Positions 1 to 11,523 are shown, numbered from the whole stretch's first letter. The stretch: 62,243 nt of DNA, filler included, from a bacterium (GCA_043817485.1; 4 parts of 4 records of this genome joined end to end with filler, not necessarily neighbours in it); one strand, 5' to 3'. The notes: a model not told the origin generated them from the sequence alone. Program-made: numbers and translations.

Positions 1-20
1 TTTTAAAAAGGAGAAAGAGA

Positions 21-1166
21 ATGGGTCAGAATTATTTATTTACTTCAGAATCTGTTACAGAAGGGCATCCAGATAAAATGGCAGATCAAGTTTCAGATGC
101 TATTCTTGATGATGTTCTTAGTAAAGATTCTAATGGGAAAGTAGCATGTGAAGCATTACTTACTACTGGATTAGTTTTTGTAGCTGGAGAAATAAGCACA
201 AACTGTTATGTAGATGTTCCAAAAATAGTTAGAAATTTAATTAGAGAAATTGGTTATACAGATCCTCATTATGCTTTTGATTTTGAATCTTGTTCTGTTC
301 TTACAGCAATTCAAGAACAATCAGCAGATATTGCATTGGGTGTTGATATAGGCGGAGCTGGTGATCAAGGAATGATGTTTGGTTATGCTGTAAATGAAAC
401 CCCAGAACTTATGCCTTTACCTATTATGTTAGCACATAAATTAGTTAGACGATTGTCTTTTGTCAGAAAAGAGAATATTTTAAATTTTCTTCGTCCAGAT
501 GGAAAATCTCAAGTAAGCATAGAATATAAAAACGGTGTTCCATCAAAAGTTCATACAGTTGTTATGTCAGCTCAACATAATCCAGATGTAGAAATGAAAG
601 TTTTAAAAGAAGCTATTATCGAAGAAGTAATTAAAAAAACTATTCCCAAAGAAATACTTTCAGAGAATGTTGTTTATCATATCAATCCTACTGGAAGATT
701 TGAAATTGGTGGACCTCATGGTGATACGGGATTAACTGGAAGAAAAATAATAGTTGATACTTATGGAGGATTTGGTAGCCATGGCGGTGGATGTTTTTCT
801 GGAAAAGATCCAACAAAAGTTGATAGATCTGCTTGTTATATGTGTCGTTATATTGCTAAAAATATAGTAGCTGCTGGACTTGCAAAAAAATGTGAAATTC
901 AACTTTCTTATGCTATTGGAATTGCAGAACCTTTATCTATAATGATTAATACTTATGGAACTGGAAAAATTGCAGATGAAAAATTAGCAAAAATTGTAAG
1001 AGATTGTTTTGATTTAACTCCACAGGGAATTATCTCTACATTAGATTTAAAACGACCTGTATTCAAAAAAACAGCTGTTTATGGACATTTTGGCAGAGAA
1101 GAAGAAGGTTTTACATGGGAAATAGTGAATAAAATCGAAGATTTAAAAAAAGAAGCTGGAATATAA
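21..1166 (+). CDS. metK: S-adenosylmethionine synthetase
   Basis: [19 protein letters not shown] and [16 protein letters not shown] signature motifs; AGGAG RBS upstream. Confidence 0.98.
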   Translation: MGQNYLFTSESVTEGHPDKMADQVSDAILDDVLSKDSNGKVACEALLTTGLVFVAGEISTNCYVDVPKIVRNLIREIGYTDPHYAFDFESCSVLTAIQEQSADIALGVDIGGAGDQGMMFGYAVNETPELMPLPIMLAHKLVRRLSFVRKENILNFLRPDGKSQVSIEYKNGVPSKVHTVVMSAQHNPDVEMKVLKEAIIEEVIKKTIPKEILSENVVYHINPTGRFEIGGPHGDTGLTGRKIIVDTYGGFGSHGGGCFSGKDPTKVDRSACYMCRYIAKNIVAAGLAKKCEIQLSYAIGIAEPLSIMINTYGTGKIADEKLAKIVRDCFDLTPQGIISTLDLKRPVFKKTAVYGHFGREEEGFTWEIVNKIEDLKKEAGI

Positions 1167-1195
1167 TTTTTAATATAATTTTATAGGAGTAAATA

Positions 1196-2452
1196 ATGAA
1201 ATATGATATAAAAGATAGATCATTAGCATCTAAAGGAAAATTAAAAATAGAATGGGCTGAAAGAAATATGCCAGTTTTAAGACTATTAAAAGAACGATTT
1301 AAAAACAAAAAGCCTTTAAAAGGCGTAAAAATAGGAGCTTGTTTACATGTTACTACTGAAACAGCTAATTTAGCAATTACTTTAAAACAATGTGGAGCAG
1401 AAGTTTTTTTATGTGCTTCTAATCCTTTAAGTACTCAAGATGAAGTTGCAGCTTCTTTAGTAGTAGATTACAAAATTCCTACTTTTGCTATTAAAGGGGA
1501 AGATAACAAAACTTATTATAGTCATATAGAAAGCATTCTTGATAATAATCTTCAAATTACAATGGATGATGGAGCGGATTTAGTTACTATTCTTCATACT
1601 AAAAAGAAAAATTTATTGTCTTCAGTTTATGGTGGAACTGAAGAAACTACTACTGGAGTTATTCGTTTAAAAAGTATGGAAAAAAATAAAGTATTGCAAT
1701 ATCCTATTATTGCTGTTAACAATGCTTTAACAAAACACTTATTTGATAATAGATATGGAACAGGACAAAGTAGTATTGATGGAATTTTAAGAGCAACAAA
1801 TATTTTATTGGCTGGATGTAATTTTGTTGTTTGTGGATATGGTTGGTGTGGAAAAGGAGTTGCTTCAAGAGCTCATGGAATGGGAGCAAAAGTGTTTGTG
1901 ACAGAAATAGATCCTGTAAAAGCATTAGAAGCTTGTATGGATGGATATCAGGTAATACCTATGGCAGAAGCTATTGAACTTGGAGATATTTTTATAACTG
2001 TTACTGGAAATACTAATGTAATAAATAAAAAGCATTTTCAAAAAATTAAAGATGGAGCTATTATCTCAAATTCTGGTCATTTTAATGTTGAAATAGATAT
2101 TAAATCTCTTAATTCTTTATCTCAAACAAAAAGACAGATTAGAGAATATGTAGAAGAATATACATTTTCTAATGGAAAAAAAATATTTTTACTTGGGGAA
2201 GGAAGACTTATCAATTTAGCTGCTGCTGAAGGACATCCAGCAATGGTAATGGATATGAGTTTTGCTAATCAAACTTTATCAGCTATATTTATTGCTCAGA
2301 AAAAAGATACATTAGAAAAAAAAGTATATTCTGTACCTGAAGAAATAGATAAAGAAATTGCTATATTAAAATTAAAAACTATGGGAATAAAAATAGATGA
2401 GTTAACTGCTGAACAAAAACATTATCTTGCTTCTTGGAATGAAGGAACTTAA
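1196..2452 (+). CDS. ahcY: Adenosylhomocysteinase
   Basis: ACLHVT, SNPLSTQD, EETTTG, FDNRYGTGQS and GHP motifs; follows metK. Confidence 0.97.
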   Translation: MKYDIKDRSLASKGKLKIEWAERNMPVLRLLKERFKNKKPLKGVKIGACLHVTTETANLAITLKQCGAEVFLCASNPLSTQDEVAASLVVDYKIPTFAIKGEDNKTYYSHIESILDNNLQITMDDGADLVTILHTKKKNLLSSVYGGTEETTTGVIRLKSMEKNKVLQYPIIAVNNALTKHLFDNRYGTGQSSIDGILRATNILLAGCNFVVCGYGWCGKGVASRAHGMGAKVFVTEIDPVKALEACMDGYQVIPMAEAIELGDIFITVTGNTNVINKKHFQKIKDGAIISNSGHFNVEIDIKSLNSLSQTKRQIREYVEEYTFSNGKKIFLLGEGRLINLAAAEGHPAMVMDMSFANQTLSAIFIAQKKDTLEKKVYSVPEEIDKEIAILKLKTMGIKIDELTAEQKHYLASWNEGT

Positions 2453-3079
2453 TGCATTTTTTAATCTAAGACAAGATACACATTTTCCGCACATTTTTTT
2501 TCCCACTTCATAACAACTCCAAATAAAATGAAGTGGGATTTTCTTTTTTAAAAGAATTTCAACAATTTCTTTTTTTTCTAATTGAGTAGTAAAACTATTT
2601 AATTTAATTTTTTTTTGAGAAGAATATTTAAAAAAATTATTTGAAGCATTTATAAATTCTTGTGTATTATCTTTAAAAGTTCTTCCTTCTTCTTTATTAG
2701 CGCCAAATAATATTAAATCAATATTCATTGCTTCAGCAAAAGATGCTGCAATATTTACAAAAACACCATTTCTATTAGGAATCCAAACACTATGAACTAA
2801 ATCTATATTTTCTAAATTTTTTAAAGAAGGTTTTGGAACTTTTTTATTTTTATTTGTAAGAGATGTATCTGAAATACTTTTTAACCAAGGTAAAGAAATT
2901 ACTTTATGTGGAACTTCATAAAATTTGCAAATTTTTTTGCTATAAAGAATTTCTTTTTTAGATGCTTTTTGTCCATAATTAAAAGTAAGAGCTAAAACTA
3001 CTTTTGTTTTATTTAAAGCTATTTTTAAATTAACTAATGAATCTAATCCGCTTGATAATAAAATAAGACTTTTTTTCAA
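2402..3079 (-). CDS. queC: 7-cyano-7-deazaguanine synthase
   Basis: SSGLDS PP-loop, FNYGQ, PNRN and WSCY...CGKCVSC zinc motif; TTG start. Confidence 0.93.
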   Translation of the reverse strand: MKKSLILLSSGLDSLVNLKIALNKTKVVLALTFNYGQKASKKEILYSKKICKFYEVPHKVISLPWLKSISDTSLTNKNKKVPKPSLKNLENIDLVHSVWIPNRNGVFVNIAASFAEAMNIDLILFGANKEEGRTFKDNTQEFINASNNFFKYSSQKKIKLNSFTTQLEKKEIVEILLKKKIPLHFIWSCYEVGKKMCGKCVSCLRLKNALSSFIPRSKIMFLFSS

Positions 3080-3085
3080 AATTTT

Positions 3086-4042
3086 TTATTCCTTATTTTT
3101 ATGGTAAGAAATTATTGTTCCTAAAACAATAGAATAAAATTTAATTTCTTCTTTATCTGTACGAGAAACTAAAACAATAGGAACTTTAGCTCCAGTAACA
3201 ATACCAGCACCTTTTGCTAAATTAAAATACATTAACATTTTAAAAAATAAATTTCCAGTTTCTATTTGATTTACAATAAAAATATCTACACGCCCTGCTA
3301 TGCGAGTTTTTATTCCTTTAAGTTCAGCTATTTTTTTTGACATTGCTCCATCAAAAGCTAAAGGGCCATCAATAATAACATTTTTTATTTGAGAACGATC
3401 CACCATTTTAGATAAAATAGCATCTTCTACAGAAGATTCCATTTTTAAATTAATTGTTTCAACAGCTGAAAGTAAAGCTACACGAGGTTTTTTAATTCCT
3501 AAATTATGAGCAACAAAAACAGCATTTTCAATAATAGATTTTTTTTCTAATAAATTTGGATTAATATTTATACCACCATCAGACATAAACATTAAACGAT
3601 TAATATTTTTTAATTTAAAAACAGATACATGACTTATTAATTTTTCTGTTCTAATACCTTTTTCTTTATCTAACACTGCTTTTAAAAGTGTAGAAGTTTG
3701 TATAAATCCTTTCATAATTAAATGTACTTTTTTTGAATTAACTAATTCCATAGCTTTTTGTAATATTTTTTCTTCTTCTATAATGTTTATTATTTCAAAA
3801 TCAAATAATGATTTTTTTAATTTTTTAAGTGCTTCTTCTATTTTATCTTTATTTCCGATAAGAATAGAATTTATTATTTTTTCTTTTTGAGCTTTTATAA
3901 TTGCACGAAGTGTAAAAACATCATAAGGACAAATTACAGCCATTTTTTGTATTCCATGAAGATTTTTTAAATATAAACATTTTTTAAGTAAATCTTTAAA
4001 ATTTTTTATTGGTTTATTTTTCATTTTTTTATTTTTTCTCAT
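3086..4042 (-). CDS. ptb: Phosphate butyryltransferase / phosphate acyltransferase
   Basis: MKG, DGGININP, DGPLAFD, GAKVPIVLVSR motifs of the PTA/PTB family; buk nearby. Confidence 0.85.
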   Translation of the reverse strand: MRKNKKMKNKPIKNFKDLLKKCLYLKNLHGIQKMAVICPYDVFTLRAIIKAQKEKIINSILIGNKDKIEEALKKLKKSLFDFEIINIIEEEKILQKAMELVNSKKVHLIMKGFIQTSTLLKAVLDKEKGIRTEKLISHVSVFKLKNINRLMFMSDGGININPNLLEKKSIIENAVFVAHNLGIKKPRVALLSAVETINLKMESSVEDAILSKMVDRSQIKNVIIDGPLAFDGAMSKKIAELKGIKTRIAGRVDIFIVNQIETGNLFFKMLMYFNLAKGAGIVTGAKVPIVLVSRTDKEEIKFYSIVLGTIISYHKNKE

Positions 4043-4409
4043 TTTAAAATAGAATTAGTTTTTTATCTTTATAAATAAATTTGTTTTATCAAAAATCTTT
4101 TGTAATTTTTTTTAACATAAATTCCCGCTTTTACTATAACTATAATCCCTAAAATGGAAAAAAGACTTGAAAATCACTTCATTTTCAATCTATTGTAAGA
4201 AATTTTCCTTCACCTATTTCCATAATTTCAGAAGTAGTTTTTGCTGTATAATATAATTTAGCGGTCTGCGAATAAAAGAAATTACCGAAGGGCAATTTGG
4301 AAGAATCTTTTCTGCCCAACAATAAACAGACCTACCTATGTTATTGACACAATAAACAGAAATTCCTCTTTTATCCATTATTATACGAATTTTCGTCCTA
4401 TCAATATAT

Positions 4410-5876
4410 TTATCCCAAAAATTTTCTTAAACTTGCTGCTCTTAAAATATACTCTTCTAAATCTTCTGTTTTATTTTCTTTTAATGCACATACAATATAA
4501 TCTGTTATTTTTTTATACTTTTCATCCCTTTCAAAATCTATTGGAAATTTTTTTATTTTTGTCTTAAGATTTTTTGGTAAAAAAATCATATCCGTATTAA
4601 GATATTTGAAAGCATCTCTTAAATCATCTTCAAAATTTATATAAACTTCTTTGATAAATTGAATGTCGTCTTTATTCAAAGCATTCAAACCTAAAATTTC
4701 TGGAGGTAATCCTATAGAATAAAGAGCAGATGTAAATGTTATCACTCTTGGTAATGTAATTTTTCCTAATTTACGCGAATAACCAAATAAACCTATATGT
4801 AACTTCCTTTTTCTTCTACTTGGAATATACTTTGCAATCTTGTTAACTAATGGTGCTAATTCTATGATTTGTTTTTGGTACTCCTGAGAATATTTCCTGA
4901 TTATTTCCAAACATCTTTTTTCATCTATTTCCTGAGGCAATCCCGATTTTCTTTCTTTCAGTTTTCTTATAGATTCTTCAACTTGGTCAGAAGGATTATC
5001 GTATTTAAATGCAGATTGAATAGTAAATGTATGAACACTTGGATATTCTTTCATAACTCTTTCTACTGTTTGTGGTTTAAGATTTCCTCTAAATGGAGCT
5101 GATCCCATCCCAATGATAGGATATATTTTAATACCAATATTATCAGACATTTTTTGTAATCTTTGAAGGGCTATTTTGTTTAAAAAAACAGCGCTGATAA
5201 ATCCGTAATTCATTGCTGGGTCTGACCTTGCCAAAAAAACTCTTTGATATTCTACATTCTTTTCTTGTAAATATTCTCTGGTTATGTTATGTGCATTAAG
5301 CATATGTTCCATATCCTCAAAAAGAGGACTAACATTAATTTTTTTAGGCCTAAATTTTCCAATCCATTTAGCGATTGTTATATCTCCTGCGTTAAATGGC
5401 TTATTCTGTTTTCCCACAACAAAATCGCAATAATATCTGTAAATTCTATCAAGACATTTAGAAGAAGTGGTCATTGGCAATATAATCTCAAATATCGGGG
5501 TTATATTTTCTGCATAAAATAATTTGGCAGCATCAAAAGATCTAGGGATGCTTTCCAATGTTTCTAGTAATATCTTTGCTTCAGATTTTTCTATAGTTGG
5601 ATTAGGAACCCTTAGGGTTATAAATACCTCTCTCCCCAATTTTTTCTCTCTGAAAAATGATTCATATTTTGTTAATAATTTTTTGACTACAAAATTGTCA
5701 ACCTCCTTGCCTTCACAATCCCACATTTGTTCATCACAACCTAAATGAGAGAAAGCATAGTATGCTTCCAGTATTTCATCTTCTCCGCCAATTTCAGTGT
5801 TCTCAGCAAAAAACGGTGTATTTACATTATCAGGATGTTGCGTGCTCATACATTTGGGTATTTTCACAATATACAT
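4410..5876 (-). CDS. ppcA: Archaeal-type phosphoenolpyruvate carboxylase
   Basis: KIPKCMSTQHPDN, MWDCEGK, FLARSDPAMNYG, GSAPFRG, HIGLFGYSR motifs; 488 aa. Confidence 0.93.
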   Translation of the reverse strand: MYIVKIPKCMSTQHPDNVNTPFFAENTEIGGEDEILEAYYAFSHLGCDEQMWDCEGKEVDNFVVKKLLTKYESFFREKKLGREVFITLRVPNPTIEKSEAKILLETLESIPRSFDAAKLFYAENITPIFEIILPMTTSSKCLDRIYRYYCDFVVGKQNKPFNAGDITIAKWIGKFRPKKINVSPLFEDMEHMLNAHNITREYLQEKNVEYQRVFLARSDPAMNYGFISAVFLNKIALQRLQKMSDNIGIKIYPIIGMGSAPFRGNLKPQTVERVMKEYPSVHTFTIQSAFKYDNPSDQVEESIRKLKERKSGLPQEIDEKRCLEIIRKYSQEYQKQIIELAPLVNKIAKYIPSRRKRKLHIGLFGYSRKLGKITLPRVITFTSALYSIGLPPEILGLNALNKDDIQFIKEVYINFEDDLRDAFKYLNTDMIFLPKNLKTKIKKFPIDFERDEKYKKITDYIVCALKENKTEDLEEYILRAASLRKFLG

Positions 5877-6170
5877 CTCCTTGCTTTGTTCCGCGTTCTG
5901 TCAAAATCTTTTGTGAATTTTACTCTAAACCACTATTCTGACAGAATGTTATGTAAATTTAGCTTGTCTCCCCTTACTTTTTATGGTAGACTGAGAAAAA
6001 AAACTTTTTCATACCAAAAAGAAAATAAGCTAATATGAAAAAAATTAATTGTTTTATTATCTTGATTTGCTCTAAGTTTACTCGTAGTGAAATAAAGCAA
6101 ATCCATTCAAGATCTCTCCAATATATTAGCTAATCGTAATTTTTCATATCCTATCATACTTTATTTGATA

Positions 6171-7268
6171 CTACCTATAAATTTTAATTTTTTCTTTTTT
6201 TTGAAGAACTTCTAATGCTTTTTCTGCTAAAGCATTCATTTCTTCTTCTCCTGGATAAATTAAAATAGGAGCAATAAAAGAAATTCTTTTTTTTAAATCG
6301 CAAATTAATTTTTTGGAAAAAGCTAAACTACCAGTTAAAATAATGGCTTTAACATTTCCATTAAGTACAGTTGCCATAGAACCGATTTCTTTGGCTATTT
6401 GATAAATCATAGCTTTATAAATTAATAAAAATTTTTTGTCACCATTTTTAATTTTTTTTTGTATTTCAATTAAATCATCTGTTTTTAAATAAGAAATTAA
6501 TCCAGATTCTTGAGACAATTTTCTTTCTAATTCTTTTTGAGTATATTTTTTAGAAAAACATAATTTAATTAAATCTCCTATTGGTAGACTACCTGCTCTT
6601 TGAGGAGAAAAAGGTCCCATTCCTAATAAAGCATTATTTACATCAATAATTTTATCTTTAAAAGAAGCACAAATAGATATTCCTCCACCTAAATGAGCAA
6701 CAATATAATTAACATTTTTTTTATGAACACATAATTTTTCATTAACTTTTTTTATTACTGCTTTAACATTAAGAGCATGAAAAAGACTTTTTCTTTCTAT
6801 CTCTGCAAAACCAGAAATTTTAGATATTTCTTGCATTTCATCTACACATACTGGATTTGCAATAAAGCATGGAATTTTAAAAACTTTACTTATTTTATAA
6901 GCAATTAAAGCACCTAAATTAGAAGCATGTTCTTTTCCCCAAATATTTTCATTTTTTAAATCTTGAATCATTTTTAAATTTATTTTATAAACACCGCTTT
7001 TAACGGGATTCATCAAACCACCACGAGCCATAATAATATTAATACAAGATAAATCAACATTTTTTTGTTTTAAAATTTTTAATATAGTTTGATAACGAAA
7101 ATCACATTGATCAATAATTTTTTTAAATGAATTTAATTTTTCAAAATCATGTTTTATTACTTCTTTAAAAAAAACTTTTTTATTTTCAAAAAAAGCAATT
7201 TTTGTAGAAGTAGAGCCTGGATTGATTACTAAAATTAAATAATTATTTTTAATTTTTTTATTTATCAT
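6171..7268 (-). CDS. buk: Butyrate kinase
   Basis: INPGSTSTK, HASNLG, FHALN, HLGGGIS, GPFSPQRAG motifs. Confidence 0.95.
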   Translation of the reverse strand: MINKKIKNNYLILVINPGSTSTKIAFFENKKVFFKEVIKHDFEKLNSFKKIIDQCDFRYQTILKILKQKNVDLSCINIIMARGGLMNPVKSGVYKINLKMIQDLKNENIWGKEHASNLGALIAYKISKVFKIPCFIANPVCVDEMQEISKISGFAEIERKSLFHALNVKAVIKKVNEKLCVHKKNVNYIVAHLGGGISICASFKDKIIDVNNALLGMGPFSPQRAGSLPIGDLIKLCFSKKYTQKELERKLSQESGLISYLKTDDLIEIQKKIKNGDKKFLLIYKAMIYQIAKEIGSMATVLNGNVKAIILTGSLAFSKKLICDLKKRISFIAPILIYPGEEEMNALAEKALEVLQKKEKIKIYR

Positions 7269-7398
7269 TTTATTCTTTTACTAATTAAAAAAGCTTTTTT
7301 GTCAATTAAATAAAAATATTGACAAATTACCTTTTTTAAAATATTTTTTTAAAAAAAATTTCAAATTGATTTTTTTCAAAAAAGGGGAAATTTTTTTA

Positions 7399-8433
7399 TT
7401 GAAAAATTTAGATGATTCAAAAAAAATATTAATTATAAAATTAAGTTCTATTGGCGATGTAGTCATGATTACTTCTTGTATTCGAGAATTAAAAAAACAT
7501 TATCCAAATGCTGAAATAGATATGATCGTAGAAGAAGAATCTTATCCAATTGTAAAAAACAATCCAAATTTATCTAATATATTTGTTTTTAGACGCACTA
7601 AATTATTTCGTTCTTTATTTTGTATAAAAAAAGATTTAAAAGAAATTTTTTCTTTGATTAAGAATTTGAGAAAATGTACTTATGATATATCTTTTGATTT
7701 TCAAGGGTTGTTAAGAAGTGTAATTTTTCTTTATTTAGTTCCATCAAAATATAAAATTGGTAAAAACAGATGGCTTTTTCTTTCTAAAAACATTTTATCT
7801 TCATCGTTAAGTTCCATTAATGCGATAGAAGGTTATTTAGATCTTTTAAGAAGTATTGGACTTAATCCAAAGGATAAAAAAACAGAAATATTTCTTTCTT
7901 TAGAAGATGAAAAATTTGCTTCTGATTTTTTAACAAAACATAAAATTTTGAAGGATGATTTACTTATAATTTTTAATTTAGGTACTCGTTGGCAAACTAA
8001 AACTTGGGCTTTAGAAAATTTTATTGAATTAAGTAAAATGCTAATTAATGTTTTTGATGCTAAAATAATTCTTACTGGTAGCAAGTCTGAGCAAAAATTA
8101 AGTGAAACATTAAAAAAACAAGTAAATAAAAATATATATATAGCTACTGGAGATACTACCTTACTTCAATTGGCTGGGTTAATTAAAAAAACAAAAATTT
8201 TTATTACAGGTGATACTGGTCCAATGCATATTGCAGCAGCAATGGGAACTAAAATAATTGCTCTTTTTGGACCTACTGATCCTCAAAGAACTGGTCCCTA
8301 TGGTGAACAACATTTTGTTATTAAAAAAAACTTACAATGTAGTCCATGTTTTAAAAAAAAATGTAACTTACTTACTTGTATGAAAACTATTACTCCAAAA
8401 GAAGTATTTAAAGAGGTTGAAAAAATTTTATGA
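7399..8433 (+). CDS. GT9 lipopolysaccharide heptosyltransferase-like
   Basis: KLSSIGDV and DTGPMHIAAA motifs, C-terminal CSPC..C..C; TTG at 7399 chosen after a GGGG RBS (ORF opens at 7366). Confidence 0.88.
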   Translation: MKNLDDSKKILIIKLSSIGDVVMITSCIRELKKHYPNAEIDMIVEEESYPIVKNNPNLSNIFVFRRTKLFRSLFCIKKDLKEIFSLIKNLRKCTYDISFDFQGLLRSVIFLYLVPSKYKIGKNRWLFLSKNILSSSLSSINAIEGYLDLLRSIGLNPKDKKTEIFLSLEDEKFASDFLTKHKILKDDLLIIFNLGTRWQTKTWALENFIELSKMLINVFDAKIILTGSKSEQKLSETLKKQVNKNIYIATGDTTLLQLAGLIKKTKIFITGDTGPMHIAAAMGTKIIALFGPTDPQRTGPYGEQHFVIKKNLQCSPCFKKKCNLLTCMKTITPKEVFKEVEKIL

Positions 8434-9428
8434 AAAAAATTCTTATTATAAACCATAATCATATAGGTGATGTATTACTTACTACTCCTGTAATTAAAAA
8501 AATAAGAAAATATTATAAAGATTTTTTTGTAATTTGTATTGTAGGAGAAAATGCAAAAGATGTTTTATTAAATAACCCAAATATTGATGAAATAATAATA
8601 AGAAAAAAAGGAACAAAAGATTTTTTTAAATTATTATTTATAATTATAAAGCATAAATTTGATGTATCTTTTATATTTCAAGATACAATAGGAAATGCTA
8701 TTTTAACTTGGTTATCTAATATTCCGAAAAGAATTGGTTATAAAAAAGAAGGAGCGCAAATTTTTTTAACTAAAAGTATTAAAAGAAATTTTTTAAAACA
8801 TACCATTATTTCATACTTTGAATTACTTGGAATACAAGATATGGAAAATAATTTAAAAATGGAAATATTTTTAAATGAAACAGATAAAGAAAATGTAGAA
8901 AAAATTTTTATAAAAGAAAATATTAAAAAAGAAGATTTAATTATTGCAATATGTCCTTTTAGTGCTCGAAAAAATAAACAATGGAATTCTTATAACTTGG
9001 CTCAAGTAATAGATTATGTAATGCAAAAATATAATGCTAAAGTAATTATTATTGGAAGTGAAAAAGAAAAATCTCAAGTTCATGAAATTTTATCATTAAC
9101 AAAAGAAAAAGAAAATGTAATAAATTTAGTAGGGAGAACAACAGTTAGAGAGTTAGCTTATATTTTTAACAAATGTAAAATAGTGATTACATCTGATAGT
9201 GGCGCGATGCATACTGCTGCTACTGCTGAAAAACCTACAATTATATCTTTATTTGGTTCAACAAATCCTGTAGAAGTAGCACCTATTGAAAATAAACATA
9301 TTACTTTTTACAAAAAAATAAAATGTAATCCTTGTAAAATAAATAAATGTAAACATAAAACAAATAAATGTATGCAAGAAATTACTGTAAATGAAATAAA
9401 AGAAGCCATTTCTAATATTTTAACATAA
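8430..9428 (+). CDS. GT9 lipopolysaccharide heptosyltransferase-like
   Basis: HIGDVLL, DSGAMHTAA, CNPC motifs; ATGA overlap with the upstream paralog. Confidence 0.88.
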   Translation: MKKILIINHNHIGDVLLTTPVIKKIRKYYKDFFVICIVGENAKDVLLNNPNIDEIIIRKKGTKDFFKLLFIIIKHKFDVSFIFQDTIGNAILTWLSNIPKRIGYKKEGAQIFLTKSIKRNFLKHTIISYFELLGIQDMENNLKMEIFLNETDKENVEKIFIKENIKKEDLIIAICPFSARKNKQWNSYNLAQVIDYVMQKYNAKVIIIGSEKEKSQVHEILSLTKEKENVINLVGRTTVRELAYIFNKCKIVITSDSGAMHTAATAEKPTIISLFGSTNPVEVAPIENKHITFYKKIKCNPCKINKCKHKTNKCMQEITVNEIKEAISNILT

Positions 9429-9545
9429 AATCCAAAATATCAAAATTTGAAATTCAAAACAAATCTGAATAACTAAAATACAAATTTAATAATTTGCAAC
9501 ATTTTATTTCTGATTGCAATTTGGTATTAACATAAAAACAAAAAT

Positions 9546-10592
9546 ATGAAATTCGAAAAAATATTAATCATAAGATTAAGTTCTATAGGTGATGTATTAC
9601 TTACTACTCCTATTATTAAAGCATTAAGAGAAAAATATAAAAATTCTTATATTGCTTTTGTAGTTGAACCAAAATCGTATGAAATCATAAAAGACAATTC
9701 TTATTTAGATAAAATATTTATTTTTCATAAACAAGAATTTGAACAAAAACTTAAAAAAAATATTAAAAATCTACCTATAGTTTTTCAAGAAATAAAAGAT
9801 TTTGTGGCAAAAATAAAAGAAGAAAAATTTGATTTAGTAATTGATTTACATAATGTTGATCGCAGTGCATTTTTATCTATATTTAGTAAAGCAAAATATA
9901 AAATTGGAGACAATAAACAATTATTAAATATTTTTTTAAACAAAAAAATAAAAACATCAGGTAGAAAAAAACATATAGTAGAAAATTATTTAGAAATAGT
10001 AAAATCATTAGGAATTATGGAAATAGAGAAAAAACCAAATATTAATTTTCTTGAAGAAGATGAAAATTTTGCTAATGTTTTTTTAAAAAAATATTCTATT
10101 CAACCAAAAAAATTAATTGGCATTAATCCATTTGCTAGTTGGCCAACTAATCTTTGGGTACCACAATATTATGCTAAAGTAATTGATTTTTTAAATTGTA
10201 AGGGTTATTCTACTATTATTTTTGGACAAAATGAAAATAATCCATATTTAAAAGAAGTAATAAATTCCTTAAAAACTACTTCTATTATTGCTATTGGAAA
10301 AACTAATTTAACTCAATTAGCTGCTTTAATTAAACAATGTTCACTTTTGATTACTCCAGATACTGGTCCGATGCATATTGCTACTGCAGTAGGGACTAAA
10401 GTTTTGGCTCTTTTTGGTCCAGCAAATCCAATTTCTACAGGACCTTTAGGTGAAAATAATTTGGTTATAAAAAAGAATTTTTTTTGTCAACCATGTTTTA
10501 AAAAAAAATGTGCTGATAATATTTGTATGAAAAAAATTTTACCAGAAGAAGTAATTTCTGTTTTTGAGCAAAAATTAGAATTTTTTTTTTAA
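9546..10592 (+). CDS. GT9 lipopolysaccharide heptosyltransferase-like
   Basis: RLSSIGDVLL, DTGPMHIA, CQPC motifs. Confidence 0.88.
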   Translation: MKFEKILIIRLSSIGDVLLTTPIIKALREKYKNSYIAFVVEPKSYEIIKDNSYLDKIFIFHKQEFEQKLKKNIKNLPIVFQEIKDFVAKIKEEKFDLVIDLHNVDRSAFLSIFSKAKYKIGDNKQLLNIFLNKKIKTSGRKKHIVENYLEIVKSLGIMEIEKKPNINFLEEDENFANVFLKKYSIQPKKLIGINPFASWPTNLWVPQYYAKVIDFLNCKGYSTIIFGQNENNPYLKEVINSLKTTSIIAIGKTNLTQLAALIKQCSLLITPDTGPMHIATAVGTKVLALFGPANPISTGPLGENNLVIKKNFFCQPCFKKKCADNICMKKILPEEVISVFEQKLEFFF

Positions 10593-10637
10593 AATAATTA
10601 CAAATAAACTGTGTTTATAATTTTAAAATGATTTTGT

Positions 10638-11387
10638 TTATATTATCTCACCGCTTTTTATAACTTTTATAAAACCTGATTCTGTTCTTATAACTAATCC
10701 ACCATTTTCTTCAATATCAATAGCATATCCTTCAATAATTTCTTTATTATAGTTAATTCTAACAAAACGGTTTAAATCATAAGAAAGATATTTAACTTCA
10801 TTTAAAATTGAAACAAAGCCATTTTTTTGAAAATTAAAATAATTATTTTCATATTCAATAAATAATTTTTTTAATGTTTGCCAATAAGAAATTTTTTTGT
10901 TTGTTTCTTCTTCAATAGAAGTTATTTTTTCTTGTTCATCTGGAATTTTTTGTAAATTTATTCCTATGCCGATTATAGCAAATTTAATAAAATTATTTTT
11001 TTGTTCAATTTCAGTTAAAATACCACTTACTTTTTTATTGTTAATAATAATATCATTAGGCCATTTAATTTTAACGGGTAAATTATATAATTTTTGAATA
11101 GTTTTTGCTACTGATAAAGCACTTATAAATGTGAAATGCCAACTGTATTTTACATTTATATAAGGAAATAAAATAATCGATAAATAAATTCCGCCTGATG
11201 GAGAAAACCATTTTCTTTTAAATCGACCTTTTCCAGAAGTTTGTTTTTTTGCGAGAACAATAGTTCCTTCAGAAACTTCCTTTGTTGCTAATTCTATGGC
11301 TTTATTATTAGTAGAATCAATTTCTTTAAAAAAGTAAATTTGTTGACCGATTATTTTTGTAGGCAAATTTAGTTTTATTTTTTGCAT
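10638..11387 (-). CDS. birA: Biotin--[acetyl-CoA-carboxylase] ligase (no N-terminal HTH)
   Basis: IDSTN, QTSGKGR, KWPND, KVSGIL motifs. Confidence 0.93.
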   Translation of the reverse strand: MQKIKLNLPTKIIGQQIYFFKEIDSTNNKAIELATKEVSEGTIVLAKKQTSGKGRFKRKWFSPSGGIYLSIILFPYINVKYSWHFTFISALSVAKTIQKLYNLPVKIKWPNDIIINNKKVSGILTEIEQKNNFIKFAIIGIGINLQKIPDEQEKITSIEEETNKKISYWQTLKKLFIEYENNYFNFQKNGFVSILNEVKYLSYDLNRFVRINYNKEIIEGYAIDIEENGGLVIRTESGFIKVIKSGEII

Positions 11388-11523
11388 TATATTTTTTTAT
11401 TTTTTTTCCTCAATTCAAAATCTAAAATTGTTATACAAAAGTCAGAATAAAAGAAAAAAAGAACTTGTATTTATTCTAACTCCTGAATTCTCATACTTTT
11501 CTCTTCATTCCTAATTCTCTTAT

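Noticed and set aside
2402-2452. 51-bp convergent overlap of ahcY and queC as a regulatory device
   Set aside because: Most simply a short stop-codon run-on; no further evidence.
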